Source: Planctomycetota bacterium (GTDB lineage: Bacteria; Planctomycetota; UBA8108; SXIK01). From it: a stretch of DNA of 64,000 nucleotides. The translations under genes were made by a program, and so were the position numbers. Shown here one piece after another: positions 1 through 9,676 of this stretch (positions are counted from its first letter, which is position 1; each line of letters begins with the position of its first letter). The stretch spans positions 6,752,001 to 6,816,000 of the forward strand of contig CBDCXR010000004.1 in assembly GCA_965223845.1 (NCBI GenBank). The letters are read 5' to 3'. The notes below the pieces were generated by a model, which was given only the letters and a program-made list of their open reading frames with translations, had not been told where the DNA came from and searched no databases.

Positions 1-2
1 CG

Positions 3-173
3 CGGTCGAATTTCGCCGCGGAGCACGGCGCGTACGCCACGAGCGTCGAGGGCGTGTTCGCCGCCGGAGACTGCCGACGCGGGCAGTCGCTCATCGTTTG
101 GGCGATCCATGAGGGTCGCGGCGCGGCGCGTGAGATCGATCGTTTCTTGATGGGCGAGACGGCGCTGCCCTGA
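3..173 (+). CDS. gltD: Glutamate synthase small (beta) subunit, C-terminal fragment (5' truncated by window edge)
   Basis: Manual translation of frame 3 gives ...[46 protein letters not shown], the characteristic GltD C-terminus. Confidence 0.92.
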   Translation, partial: RSNFAAEHGAYATSVEGVFAAGDCRRGQSLIVWAIHEGRGAAREIDRFLMGETALP

Positions 174-217
174 TTCGCCCGCCGTAGCGGACGGCGTGCC
201 CCGCACGTCCCGGCGCG

Positions 218-1639
218 ATGAGGATCGACCGGATGAGTGAGCGGCCGAAGCGACGACCGCGGGCCGTCGCGGTCCTCTCCCTGTGCACCGTCCTCGTGGT
301 CGGACTCGCGTTCGCTGCGAGTTGGCCGAGTCTCTCCGCGTACTGGAGTGCGCATCGACTCGCTCAGATCGAGAACGAAGACGATTGGCGCGCGAAGTTG
401 GACGCGCTCGCGGACGGACGCGTCGTTCGCGTGCTCCCCTTGGTCGCGCAATCGGTTCTCGACGGACCTCGGGCGCCGGTGCCGCCTCAGTTTGATATGG
501 CTTGTGCGGTCGAGCCCGCGGTCGTCGCGGACCGCTGGCCGCGCCTCGTCTACTTCGATGCGCTCATGCGCGAGCGAAAGTTCGGTCCGGGCGCCGTCGC
601 GGCGCTCGGTCGGCTTTCGCGAGACGGTCGCTCTCAGGTGCGGGCGTGGGCGGCGCGGTGGCTCGGTGATGTCGCTCGAGCCGACGCGGACTCGGCGCAC
701 GCGATCGTCCTCGCCATGATCGGGGACGACGATCTCGTCGTGCGGGAGTGCGCGGCGCGCGCGCTCGGAAAGCTCTCCCGATCGCCGCTCTCTCGCATCG
801 AGATTCTCGGCGATCGCCTCGCGCGCGCGAAGACCGTAGAGGAGGCGACAGCGTTCGCTGACGTGCTCGCGGTGGTGGTCACTGAAGTTGTCCGGGAAGA
901 CAGCCTCGAGCGACTCGAGGCCGCTTTGCGCGCGTTCGGGATGGGGCGCGAGATCGCACGGGGCGATCTCGTTGGGCCGGTCGTCGACGCTCTCGTGAGA
1001 TCCAATCCGACTCCCGGCCTCGAGTTCAATCTCCGCACGCGCTGGACGGACCATTCGACGCATGTCGAGAGGAGCATCGACCGCGTGGCGGCGCTCTGGG
1101 CCGACGAGGAGGCGCGATGGCTGCGCGCTTCGTCGCGCGAGGTCCGAAACGCTGCCCTCACTGTCTTCAACACGCGTGGAGTTCGCTCGGGCGACGCGAT
1201 CGAACTCGTTTCGCCGTTCCTCGTGGACCCGGATCCCGCGGTGCGCCGACAGGCGGTCGAGTGGATCGGGCAGCAGGACGAAACCGATCGCGTCCTTCGC
1301 GTCCTCCGGCGAGAGCTCGAGAGCGACGATTCCGGGCGGAGCGCCGCCGCTGCGATCGCGATCGCCACGTACATTCAATTCGGAAACGATGATTCCCCCG
1401 GTCGCGGATTCTACTCGAGTGCGTCGGAAGAGGACTCGCGGGCGCTCGTCCGCGCGATCGCCGCGGCGCTCGGAGACCTCGCGGGCCACAGCGCGCACGA
1501 GCACCTCATCGGTGCGCTCGAATGGTTCGGCGACGAATCGGGACCGGCGGCGGGAGCGCTACGCGCGATCGCTGAAGGAGAGGACGAATTCCTCGCCGAC
1601 CGAGCTCGACACGTGCTGCGCGCGCTCGGGGTCCCGTAG
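218..1639 (+). CDS. Membrane-anchored HEAT/ARM-repeat protein
   Basis: N-terminal hydrophobic segment; HEAT-like units (DDDLVVRECAARALG, DPDPAVRRQAVEWIG, DGRSQVRAWAARWLG); start may be ATG 233. Confidence 0.75.
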   Translation: MRIDRMSERPKRRPRAVAVLSLCTVLVVGLAFAASWPSLSAYWSAHRLAQIENEDDWRAKLDALADGRVVRVLPLVAQSVLDGPRAPVPPQFDMACAVEPAVVADRWPRLVYFDALMRERKFGPGAVAALGRLSRDGRSQVRAWAARWLGDVARADADSAHAIVLAMIGDDDLVVRECAARALGKLSRSPLSRIEILGDRLARAKTVEEATAFADVLAVVVTEVVREDSLERLEAALRAFGMGREIARGDLVGPVVDALVRSNPTPGLEFNLRTRWTDHSTHVERSIDRVAALWADEEARWLRASSREVRNAALTVFNTRGVRSGDAIELVSPFLVDPDPAVRRQAVEWIGQQDETDRVLRVLRRELESDDSGRSAAAAIAIATYIQFGNDDSPGRGFYSSASEEDSRALVRAIAAALGDLAGHSAHEHLIGALEWFGDESGPAAGALRAIAEGEDEFLADRARHVLRALGVP

Positions 1640-1858
1640 CGGCGACGGCTCGGCGGAGGAGAACGTCACCGCGAACGACGCGAACTAGGAGCAGAGATGT
1701 GAGAGCGACGATCGCCCGACGAGGTCGAAGCGTCAGGTCGTCGCCCCGTTCTGAGCCCTTCGCGCTCCACCAGTCGTCGAGGAGTCCACGCGCGCGAGAC
1801 GTTCCGAAAACTCTCGGCGACCCGAGCCCGCCGGGAATTCGTCATCGTACTCTTCTCC

Positions 1859-2518
1859 ATGAGCACCACTCCGCGCCGACTCCTCGACCGGATGTTCGAA
1901 CGCGCGCAGGGCCCGGCCGTTGCGGCGGCGTTTCCTGCGGTCGCGCTCGCGTGCGTGTTCCTCGTCCTTTTGACCGATTATCTTCTCGGAACGAAGCTCC
2001 GCTTTCCCGGTCGCGAGTTCTTTGCTGCCTGGTGGTTTCTCGAGCTCGGTTCGCTGTGGAGCTTTCCGCTGCTCAATCTAATTCAGCGCTGGAGCGGTCC
2101 TCGCGGCGTCGCCACGACGGTCGTCGTCGTGCTCCCGGTGTTGATCGCTACACTCGTCGTTCCGGCTGTTCTGTTCGACATCACCGCGCTTCTCGGAATC
2201 ACGTACCTTCTTCTTTTCGTCTTCCACAAAGCGGTGTCGTTCTACTGCACGATGTCGTCTACGACCGGCCGCGAGAGCGTCCTCTGTCGAGCGATGGTGA
2301 CCGGGTTCGCGTGGCTGTTCTCGGTTCTCCTCGGTGGCCTGCTCGTCCTCATCGCCAAGATCGCGCTGCCGATCGCTGTCCTGAGTGACGACGGAGTCAT
2401 CGTCGGAGCCATGCTCGCGTCCGGAGCGATCTACTTCTCTCTCCACGCGGCGCTCGAGCTCATGCTGCCGCGCTTCGGAGTGACCACGCCGGTCGGTGCG
2501 AGATTCTCTGCGTCGTAG
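1859..2518 (+). CDS. Hypothetical integral membrane protein (about 6 TM segments)
   Basis: 219-aa ORF made almost entirely of hydrophobic stretches, with typical GC3 bias. Confidence 0.7.
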   Translation: MSTTPRRLLDRMFERAQGPAVAAAFPAVALACVFLVLLTDYLLGTKLRFPGREFFAAWWFLELGSLWSFPLLNLIQRWSGPRGVATTVVVVLPVLIATLVVPAVLFDITALLGITYLLLFVFHKAVSFYCTMSSTTGRESVLCRAMVTGFAWLFSVLLGGLLVLIAKIALPIAVLSDDGVIVGAMLASGAIYFSLHAALELMLPRFGVTTPVGARFSAS

Positions 2519-2591
2519 CCTCCGAACGCGAGAGTCTCGTCGATCGGGTCGGCGCGCTGCGACCTGGTGAGCCGCTGATCGGTCCCGTCGC

Positions 2592-2872
2592 GCAATCGAC
2601 CGGCCGCTTGCCGGCCGGCGAGGGGGATCAGGAGAGTCCTGATAGAACGCCCTCGCGGCCCCGTCTAAACTTCGGGTGTTGCGCGAGGGACACTCGCGGA
2701 AACGGACTCCCGCGCGACGGAGATGACGCCGTCGCAAGCGGGGTCCAACCGCGATCCGAGAGCGCTCGAGAAAGCTAAAGAAGAGAGGCGGGCGCGACTC
2801 CCGCACGATGGAGCAGCATTCGATTGCCCACAACTGCCCCGGGGCCGGGGCCTTTCGGGGTCCCGGCCTTTT
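2592..2872 (+). ncRNA. Candidate structured non-coding RNA ending in an intrinsic terminator (family unknown)
   Basis: No convincing CDS. Dense hairpins at 2600-2618, 2627-2643, 2650-2689, a multi-segment stem at 2694-2754, and 2788-2804. Ends in a GC stem with TTCG loop followed by TTTT at 2843-2872. Confidence 0.35.
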
Positions 2873-3066
2873 CAAGCCTCCGAGCGGAGTGAGCGAGCCA
2901 TGCGGCGCGCTATCGAGCTCGGCTTGATCGCCCGAGGGCTCGAGTTCGACCAGAACTGTCCACAACTGCCCCGGGGCCGGGGCCTCTTGAGGTCCCGGCC
3001 TTTTATCCGCGAGTCTACAACTGCCCCGGAGGTCGGAGTCCTTGTGGCTCCGGCCTCTTTCTTTTT
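2828..3066 (+). repeat. Three copies of ACAACTGCCCCGG, each followed by a terminator-like hairpin and T-run
   Basis: Copies start at 2828, 2960 and 3015. Copies 1 and 2 share 26 identical nt (CCACAACTGCCCCGGGGCCGGGGCCT). The copy 3 stem differs in sequence but still pairs. Confidence 0.85.
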
Positions 3067-3358
3067 CGCGGGGTGACGGCGTTCGCGATCGGTGACCGCG
3101 CGGCCGACGACGCGGGGTGACTCGACGAAAGAGACCGATCGACCTGGACTGCGTTCCGGAGACCGACCCACGCTTCGGCTGGTCGGTCTCCCTTTTTTTC
3201 GCGGCGCAAGGGACTCGGAAGTCGTTCGCGCAGAGAGTCGCGCTCGACGCGCCTCGGGCGCCGTGCGAAGATCGAGCGATTCACACGGAGGGTCGAGAGC
3301 CAGCGCGCACGTTTGCGGCATGCCGTCTCGCCCGCACTCGGATCGGCGAGGTCGAGAG

Positions 3359-6241
3359 ATGCGAGTTTTCGCGACGATGGTTGCCTTGAGCCTCATCGGG
3401 ACGGCGTCGGCCGCCGATTGGCCGATGTGGCGCGCCGATTCCGGCCGAAGCGCCCGGACGGCGGAGTCCCTTCCCGCGGAGCTCGCGCTCCGGTGGACGC
3501 GGCAGCTTCCGGCCCCCGCACCGGCATTCCGCAGCTCCCGGCTGCAGTTCGACCGCGTCGACGAGCCGATCGTCGTCGGAACGAGTGTGGTCGTCGGCTC
3601 GGCTCGCACCGGGAGCGTGACCGCGCTCGATACGACGTCCGGCGAGGTAAGGTGGCGGACGTACACCGACGGGCCGGTCCGGTTCGCGCCGGCGGCGTGG
3701 CGAGATCGCCTCTTCGTGGGATCGGACGACGGGCAGCTCTACTGTCTGCGCGCGAAGGACGGAGCCGCGCTCTGGAGATTTCGCGCCGTACCTTCGGGTC
3801 GGTCGGTGCTCGGGAACGGACAGTGGATTTCGCTCTGGCCGATCCGCGGCGGCCCCGTCGTCCACGACGATCGCGTGTACTTCGCCGCGGGAGTGTGGGC
3901 GTTCGAGGGCGTCTTCGTCTACGCTCTCGACGCCGCGAGCGGCGACGTCGTTTGGATGAACGACCGCACCGGCTCGATCTACGGCCAGCAGCCGCACCGC
4001 GCGGAGGGATTCAGCGGACTTTCGCCCCAGGGCTACCTGGTCGTTCACGGCTCCGAGCTAGTCGTTCCGTGCGGGACGGCCTACCCGGCGCGCTTCGATC
4101 TCGCGACGGGCGTGCTCCGCGAGTTCGCCCTCCCTTCTCAGAGTCGACTTCCCGGCGGTTGGTTCGCCGCGTCGGACAGCGCGGAGGCGAAGGCTCGTCG
4201 GCGCGGCGAGCTCGTCTTCGATTCGGCGGTGAACGCAGAGGACCACGAAGATCGCCCCATGCGCGGCCGGGGATCGGTCGGCGCACAGTCGACGATTCGG
4301 GTCGGCGAGAGAACGATTTCACTTCGCGACGAGCTGCCGGGCGTCGACGGCGATGTGCAGAGTCTCGTCGCGGGGGACGGGAAACTCTTCGCCGCGACGG
4401 GCGACGGTAGGATTCATTGCCTCGCTGCGGGTTCCGATCGAACGCATCGGATCGAACTCGAGCGGACTCCGCTCCCCGAGCCTTCGTCCGCTGAGGCGGC
4501 GCGCGCGAAATCTCTCGTCGCGGCGGCTCGATCGCGCGACGGTTTCGCATTCGTCTTCGGCGCGCCGGCGGAAGGCTTTCTCGGCGCGCTCATCGAAGAA
4601 TCGCGTTTCCGTTTCGTCGTGTTCGAATCCGACGTCGAGCGCGCGGACTCGCTTCGCCGCGCTCTCGAGGGCGCGGGACTCCTCGGCGATCGCGTTTCGG
4701 TGGTGACGAGGCCCGTCGCAGAGACCGAGTTTCCACCGTACGCCGCCGAGCTCGCGATCTTCGGTCGCGGTCTGCCGCCCGCGGAGTTCGACGCCGATCC
4801 ATGGTTCGCTCGAATCCTTCCGCTCCTCCGGCCGTACGGCGGAACGGCGGTGTTCCCCCTCCGCGGGGCGGATCCTCGCGAGCTCGCCGCGAGCTGGAAC
4901 GAAGGCGGTCGTGAGCGTTACTCGTTCACTTCGGAGAACCAGCGCTTGCTCGTTCGGCGCGAGGGTGCGCTTCCGGGCGCAACGGACTACCGCGGGGGCT
5001 GGTCGAGTGCCGACGAGCGCGTGCGCGCTCCGCTCGGCGTGCTCTGGTTCGGCGACGAGCTCGGGCACTTCAAGCGGTCGCCTCAACCTCAGTTCCTCAG
5101 CGGGGTGATGGTCTCGCGTCCGAAGGACTGGCGGAGCAAGGTGCGGCGCGGAAAGGGATACGTCCTCGCGCCGGCGACGTTCAGTGACGTCTACACCGGT
5201 CGCATTCTCCACGAAAGCGAAGCGCAGGAGGTGCGAGCGGAGTTTGCGCATGCCGTCGACGCTCCGCAGCCATCCCAGTACCGACCGCCGACGCAAACCG
5301 ACGCGTGGAAGCCCCCGCCGCCCGTCGCCGGCGAGCGCGTGAATCCGCTCACGGGAAAGAAGGAGCCGCGCGCCTTTCCGAAGAGCTACGGCTGCGATGG
5401 CGGGATCGACTACGGCTTCGTCTACACGATGCGCTCGGCTACGCCGGCCTATTACGACAAGACCATCGAGAGCGGAACGATCAACATCAGCGGGCCGCGT
5501 TCGGGCTGCACGAACAGCAGCGTCCCCGCAGCGGGTCTTTTGAACGTTCCTTACTTCTACGAAGGCTGTACGTGCAGCTATCCGCTGCCATCGGGTCTCG
5601 CGCTCGTTGCGATGCCCGAAGTGCACGAACAGTGGAGTGCGTGGGGGCCGTCGAGTGAAGGAAGGATCGAGAGAGTCGGCTTCAACTTCGGTGCGCCGGG
5701 CGACCGCGTGACGCGCGACGGCACGCTGTGGCTCGACGTCCCGAGCGTCGGCGGGCCTTCTCCGGCGGTCGATGTCACGCTCGAGCCGGCACTCGGAAGC
5801 GATGCGATCGGCTACCGGTATCGCCACGCGACGTGGATCGAAGGCGGACGGGGCTGGCCTTGGGTCGCGGCGTCCTGGGCTCAAGACGTCGGCAAGGCGA
5901 CGGTGCGCGGACTCCGTCCCGGAGCGTATACCGCGAGACTCTACTTCACTCACCCTCCCGTTCCGACGGTGATCGATGTGAACGTGGGCGGTGTGGTGCT
6001 CGAGGCGCTGAACCTGGACGCCGAGACGGGTGGACGCTTCCGTTCGATCGTGAAGGAGCTGCGCGATGTGACCGCCGACGCGAGTGGGACCATCGAGGTC
6101 GCTCTCACGGCGCGTTTCGGCATCCCGGTATTGAGCGGGCTCGAGCTCGTCGCGGAGGGACTCTCTCCCGGGGCCGTGCCGAACCTCCGTCAGCGAGACG
6201 TGACTCAGCTCTCGAGCTCAAGCGTCGAGCGCGGTCAGTAG
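3359..6241 (+). CDS. Secreted PQQ-like beta-propeller protein with central methyltransferase-like region and C-terminal malectin-like domain
   Basis: Signal peptide followed by ADWPMWRAD; PQQ repeats (ALDTTSGEVRW, CLRAKDGAALW, ALDAASGDVVW); C-terminal YTARLYF...PVLSGLELV. Probable start ATG 3359 inside ORF 3092-6241. Confidence 0.82.
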   Translation: MRVFATMVALSLIGTASAADWPMWRADSGRSARTAESLPAELALRWTRQLPAPAPAFRSSRLQFDRVDEPIVVGTSVVVGSARTGSVTALDTTSGEVRWRTYTDGPVRFAPAAWRDRLFVGSDDGQLYCLRAKDGAALWRFRAVPSGRSVLGNGQWISLWPIRGGPVVHDDRVYFAAGVWAFEGVFVYALDAASGDVVWMNDRTGSIYGQQPHRAEGFSGLSPQGYLVVHGSELVVPCGTAYPARFDLATGVLREFALPSQSRLPGGWFAASDSAEAKARRRGELVFDSAVNAEDHEDRPMRGRGSVGAQSTIRVGERTISLRDELPGVDGDVQSLVAGDGKLFAATGDGRIHCLAAGSDRTHRIELERTPLPEPSSAEAARAKSLVAAARSRDGFAFVFGAPAEGFLGALIEESRFRFVVFESDVERADSLRRALEGAGLLGDRVSVVTRPVAETEFPPYAAELAIFGRGLPPAEFDADPWFARILPLLRPYGGTAVFPLRGADPRELAASWNEGGRERYSFTSENQRLLVRREGALPGATDYRGGWSSADERVRAPLGVLWFGDELGHFKRSPQPQFLSGVMVSRPKDWRSKVRRGKGYVLAPATFSDVYTGRILHESEAQEVRAEFAHAVDAPQPSQYRPPTQTDAWKPPPPVAGERVNPLTGKKEPRAFPKSYGCDGGIDYGFVYTMRSATPAYYDKTIESGTINISGPRSGCTNSSVPAAGLLNVPYFYEGCTCSYPLPSGLALVAMPEVHEQWSAWGPSSEGRIERVGFNFGAPGDRVTRDGTLWLDVPSVGGPSPAVDVTLEPALGSDAIGYRYRHATWIEGGRGWPWVAASWAQDVGKATVRGLRPGAYTARLYFTHPPVPTVIDVNVGGVVLEALNLDAETGGRFRSIVKELRDVTADASGTIEVALTARFGIPVLSGLELVAEGLSPGAVPNLRQRDVTQLSSSSVERGQ

Positions 6242-6856
6242 ATCGTCCGCGGTCCGGCGCTCTTGTCCGTCGACGCGGACGTGGTATTCGAGCCGAGTCG
6301 ATGCGCCGCGCGCGGTGACTTCGCGCGCCGCGTCGCCGTAGAGTCGATCGAGCAGAGCGGCGACGGCCGGGCGGATCGCGGCGTCGTTCTCCTCGCTCTT
6401 CGGCGACAACACGCGGTCGTTGATCGCGATCGAGAGCTCGGACGCGTTCGCTCTCGCCGCGTCTCGAAGCTCCGGCTCACCGAGGAGACGGATGGTCTTC
6501 TCGAGGAGGAGCCTCGCCGCGGCGATGAGGCGTTCTTCCGAGTTCGCTCCGCTCAACTTTCGCCGAGTCGACAGAAGAACACCGGGCTGTGCGTCCGCCC
6601 AGTCGACGGAGAGCACCCAGCGCTTGCTCACGAGAACGACGCCGGGGCCGTTCGTCACGTGGCTGTAGTCCTGAAGATCGATGACCTCTTCGCCCGTGTC
6701 GTCACGCCATCTTCCGAACACGGCGAGGAGGCGGTCACAGATGCCGTCCTGGCCGATTTCGGCCGGCACGTCGAGCCCGAGCTTGAGATCGTATTTTTGG
6801 AGTCCGGCCTCGAGGAGGCGCTCAGTCGGAGTCTTTCCCGACGCGGGGGCATTCAC
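6218..6856 (-). CDS. Conserved hypothetical protein downstream of the sulfite/nitrite reductase
   Basis: 212-aa ORF with motif IDLQDYSHVTNGPGVVL; co-oriented with the reductase. Confidence 0.7.
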   Translation of the reverse strand: MNAPASGKTPTERLLEAGLQKYDLKLGLDVPAEIGQDGICDRLLAVFGRWRDDTGEEVIDLQDYSHVTNGPGVVLVSKRWVLSVDWADAQPGVLLSTRRKLSGANSEERLIAAARLLLEKTIRLLGEPELRDAARANASELSIAINDRVLSPKSEENDAAIRPAVAALLDRLYGDAAREVTARGASTRLEYHVRVDGQERRTADDLLTALDA

Positions 6857-7019
6857 GGATCGAAGTCCTCGGTTGAGACGAAAGTTCTTTCTGTCCTAGT
6901 TGCCCCGTTCCTCGATTCCTTCTCGGGCGGCCCGCCCACTCGCGCGGTTCTCCGGGCAGCCGGAGACCGATCAAGGGGAGCCATCGGGAACGGGTGGGAG
7001 TCTCAGACACGACTCCACG

Positions 7020-9176
7020 TCACTTCACCATCGCCGCGCCACCGAGGCGTCCGTAGACGACCTGCGACTCTTCGGTGAAGAGGTTCGCTTCCTCGCAGAG
7101 TTTGCGCGCCCGATCGGCGTCCACCGCGTCGAGGTCGACTTCGCTCGCTCGGAAGAAGTACTCGGCTACCCCCGGAATGAAGTTTCCCGCGTCGAAGAAT
7201 CGCGAGCGGAACTCGCCGACGCGGTCGAAATCATCGGTGAGGAAGAGGCCGACCGCGGTAAGCAGGGCGTCGGCCGCCGTATTCATCGCCTTGAACGCCG
7301 ATTTCGCCGCGTCCGCGTGAGCGCCCGCCTCGAGGTGGAGCAGCGCGTCGTCGACGAACCGTTCGGCGTCGTCGAGGAGGAACTCCGACTGCGTGACGAC
7401 CTCGCCCGCGCACTCACCCTTCCCGACGTCCTTTACGTACTGCCACGGCTGGCGATTGTCGGAGTAGAACGCCGGTTCGTCGCCGATCGCGGCGAACTCG
7501 TCGAGCTCCGCCTTGAGCCGAGCTTTGCCGAGCCGGTTCATGCAGTCGCGAAACGACTCTCCGTCACTCTTTTCCGAGTCGTAGAGCGCAGTCAGCTTCG
7601 CGACGGCATCCGGTGCGCGGTGCGCGGCGATCTTTCCCGCCATGAGTCCGTACGACTCGCCGTTCTTCTCCGCGGTGCCGCCGAGGATGACTTGAAAGAG
7701 CGGTGCGACGCGCCCTCCCTTACTCTTCGACGTCCCGAAAAAGCCGATGTTCGCGATGTGATGCTGCCCGCAGGAATTGAAGCAGCCGCTCATCTTGATC
7801 GAAATGTCCTTCCGGGGTGTCCCGTCCGCCTCGGTGATCCCGTTTCCCTGCTCGACGGCGTCCAAGTACTGGCGGTGGAGGATTCCCGCGAGTCCGCGGG
7901 ATGACGCGATCCCGAGCTTGCACGAGTCCGTGCCCGGGCAGGCGGTGATGTCCGCAATGCTGCCGGCGAGCGGGAGAGCGAGGTGAATCGTCTTCAGATC
8001 CTCGTAGAGCTCGGGAAGGCGGGCGTTCGAGATCCAGCGCAGCATGAAGTTCTGCTCGACCATGGTGCGAAGCGTTCCGCGGGTGTACTTGCGCAGGATC
8101 GTCGCGAGGCCGCGGAGCTGCATCGCAGTGAGGTCGCCGAGCGGAAGAAAGACCGTTACGTGCGAGTAACCGGCGTGCTTCTGCGCAGCGGTATTCGTCT
8201 TCAGCCACGCGCGGAATCCGTCGCTCAGATTCGGAGCGTCCGGATCGAGCTCGGAAGGTTCATCGAGCGGCTCGTCGCGGAATTGCTCGAGCTCGATCTC
8301 CGCGGGCGCGTCCGCGTCGGCCGAAAGCTTCGCGCGCTCGGCTTCGACGGCTTCGCGGAACGCGTCGATGCCCATTTTTTCGACGAGGAACTTCATCCGC
8401 GCCCGGGCGCGATTCTTCTTTTCGCCGTGCGCGGCAAAGACGCGCGCGATCGCCTGGGCGAGCGAGAGCATTTCGTCCGCGGGAACGAACTCGCTGTAGA
8501 GGCGAGCTTGATGCGGCACAGCACCGAGGCCACCACCGACGTAGACCTGGAAGCCGCGTACGACTTCGCCGTCGACCGTCTCGGTCGCTGCGACCGCACC
8601 GATGTCGTGCATGCGTGCGAGCCCGCAGGGCTGATCCGCGCAGCCCGAGTACGCGATCTTGAACTTGCGGCCGAAGTTCTGTGCGTCGGGATGCCGGAGA
8701 AGATAGTACGCCATCGCTGCGGCGTAGGGCGTTACGTCGAACACTTCCGTCGAGCAGGCACCCGAGTAGGGGCAGGCCGTGACGTTCCGGACCGTGTTCC
8801 CGCAGGCTTCGCGCGTCGTGATCCCGACGGCGGCGAGCCGGCGCATGACGTTCGGCGTATCGAGGATGTCGACGTAGTGGAGCTGAAAGTCCTGACGCGT
8901 CGTGATGTGAGCGATCCCGACGGAGTACTCTTCCGAGATCTCCGCGAGCGCGTCGAGCTGCTCGGCGTTCGCGATTCCGAGCGGAATCTTGATGCGAAGC
9001 ATCTGAACGCCTTCCTGGCGCTGTCCGTAGACTCCGTGCCGGAGGCGAAACTCGAGGAAGACCTTCTCGGGCATCTTCTCGTCGAGGAAGCGGCCGAGCT
9101 CGGTCTCGAAGGTGTCGATCTCGCTCCGGAACGGCTCGGCGAGATGGGTCCAGGGGGTGTCGGTGGAGTGGGACAT
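7020..9176 (-). CDS. Siroheme/[4Fe-4S] nitrite/sulfite reductase with C-terminal HEPN-like helical domain
   Basis: FRLRHGVYGQRQ, HITTRQDFQLH, RNVTACP, RKFKIAYSGC; ligand motifs CPGTDSC and GCFNSCG. Confidence 0.92.
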   Translation of the reverse strand: MSHSTDTPWTHLAEPFRSEIDTFETELGRFLDEKMPEKVFLEFRLRHGVYGQRQEGVQMLRIKIPLGIANAEQLDALAEISEEYSVGIAHITTRQDFQLHYVDILDTPNVMRRLAAVGITTREACGNTVRNVTACPYSGACSTEVFDVTPYAAAMAYYLLRHPDAQNFGRKFKIAYSGCADQPCGLARMHDIGAVAATETVDGEVVRGFQVYVGGGLGAVPHQARLYSEFVPADEMLSLAQAIARVFAAHGEKKNRARARMKFLVEKMGIDAFREAVEAERAKLSADADAPAEIELEQFRDEPLDEPSELDPDAPNLSDGFRAWLKTNTAAQKHAGYSHVTVFLPLGDLTAMQLRGLATILRKYTRGTLRTMVEQNFMLRWISNARLPELYEDLKTIHLALPLAGSIADITACPGTDSCKLGIASSRGLAGILHRQYLDAVEQGNGITEADGTPRKDISIKMSGCFNSCGQHHIANIGFFGTSKSKGGRVAPLFQVILGGTAEKNGESYGLMAGKIAAHRAPDAVAKLTALYDSEKSDGESFRDCMNRLGKARLKAELDEFAAIGDEPAFYSDNRQPWQYVKDVGKGECAGEVVTQSEFLLDDAERFVDDALLHLEAGAHADAAKSAFKAMNTAADALLTAVGLFLTDDFDRVGEFRSRFFDAGNFIPGVAEYFFRASEVDLDAVDADRARKLCEEANLFTEESQVVYGRLGGAAMVK

Positions 9177-9676
9177 CGTGCGTGCCTATTGGCCGGTGAT
9201 GGGCGAGCGATGAAGCGGCGCGTCCAGGAGATCGGCGTTCGAAGCGAATCCGAGGGAATCGTCCTCGAGCCGACGGATCGACGCGCGCGCGTCGAGCGAT
9301 GGACCGTCGTCGGAGTTTGCCCGGATCCGGACCACCGCGCTGGCGGCGCGCTGGGCCGAGACGTCCGGGCTACGTACAGGTACAGGACTGTCTACGACTG
9401 TACCGGCTCCGCCGGAGGGGGAGTGCGTTCGAGTCTCGAATCGTCGCGGATTTCGTCATCGCTTCGCGAGATCGTCGCCGATCAGCGGCCCGGAGGCTCT
9501 CGCCGAAGGGTCGCTCAAAGGCGCTGGCGGACGGTCGCAGCGGACGGGAAGCACCGGTGGCGGATCGGCCGTCGAGGATCGCTGCATCTCATAGCGGTAT
9601 ACATGCTTAGGCGGCGAAAGTCCAGCCGCGCAGCGGGTCCGTTGCGGCACTCTGGTGGAGCGGGTACCATCGCCGT

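Noticed and set aside
2600-2970. RNase P / tmRNA / cobalamin or c-di-GMP riboswitch match
   Set aside because: Only fragmentary resemblance (e.g. GGAGAGTCC). The other conserved motifs, tag ORF and CCA end were not found.
2828-3066. CRISPR array or IS200/IS605 end interpretation of the three repeats
   Set aside because: Spacing is unequal, each unit ends in a terminator-type T-run, and no cas, tnpB or iscB gene is in the window.
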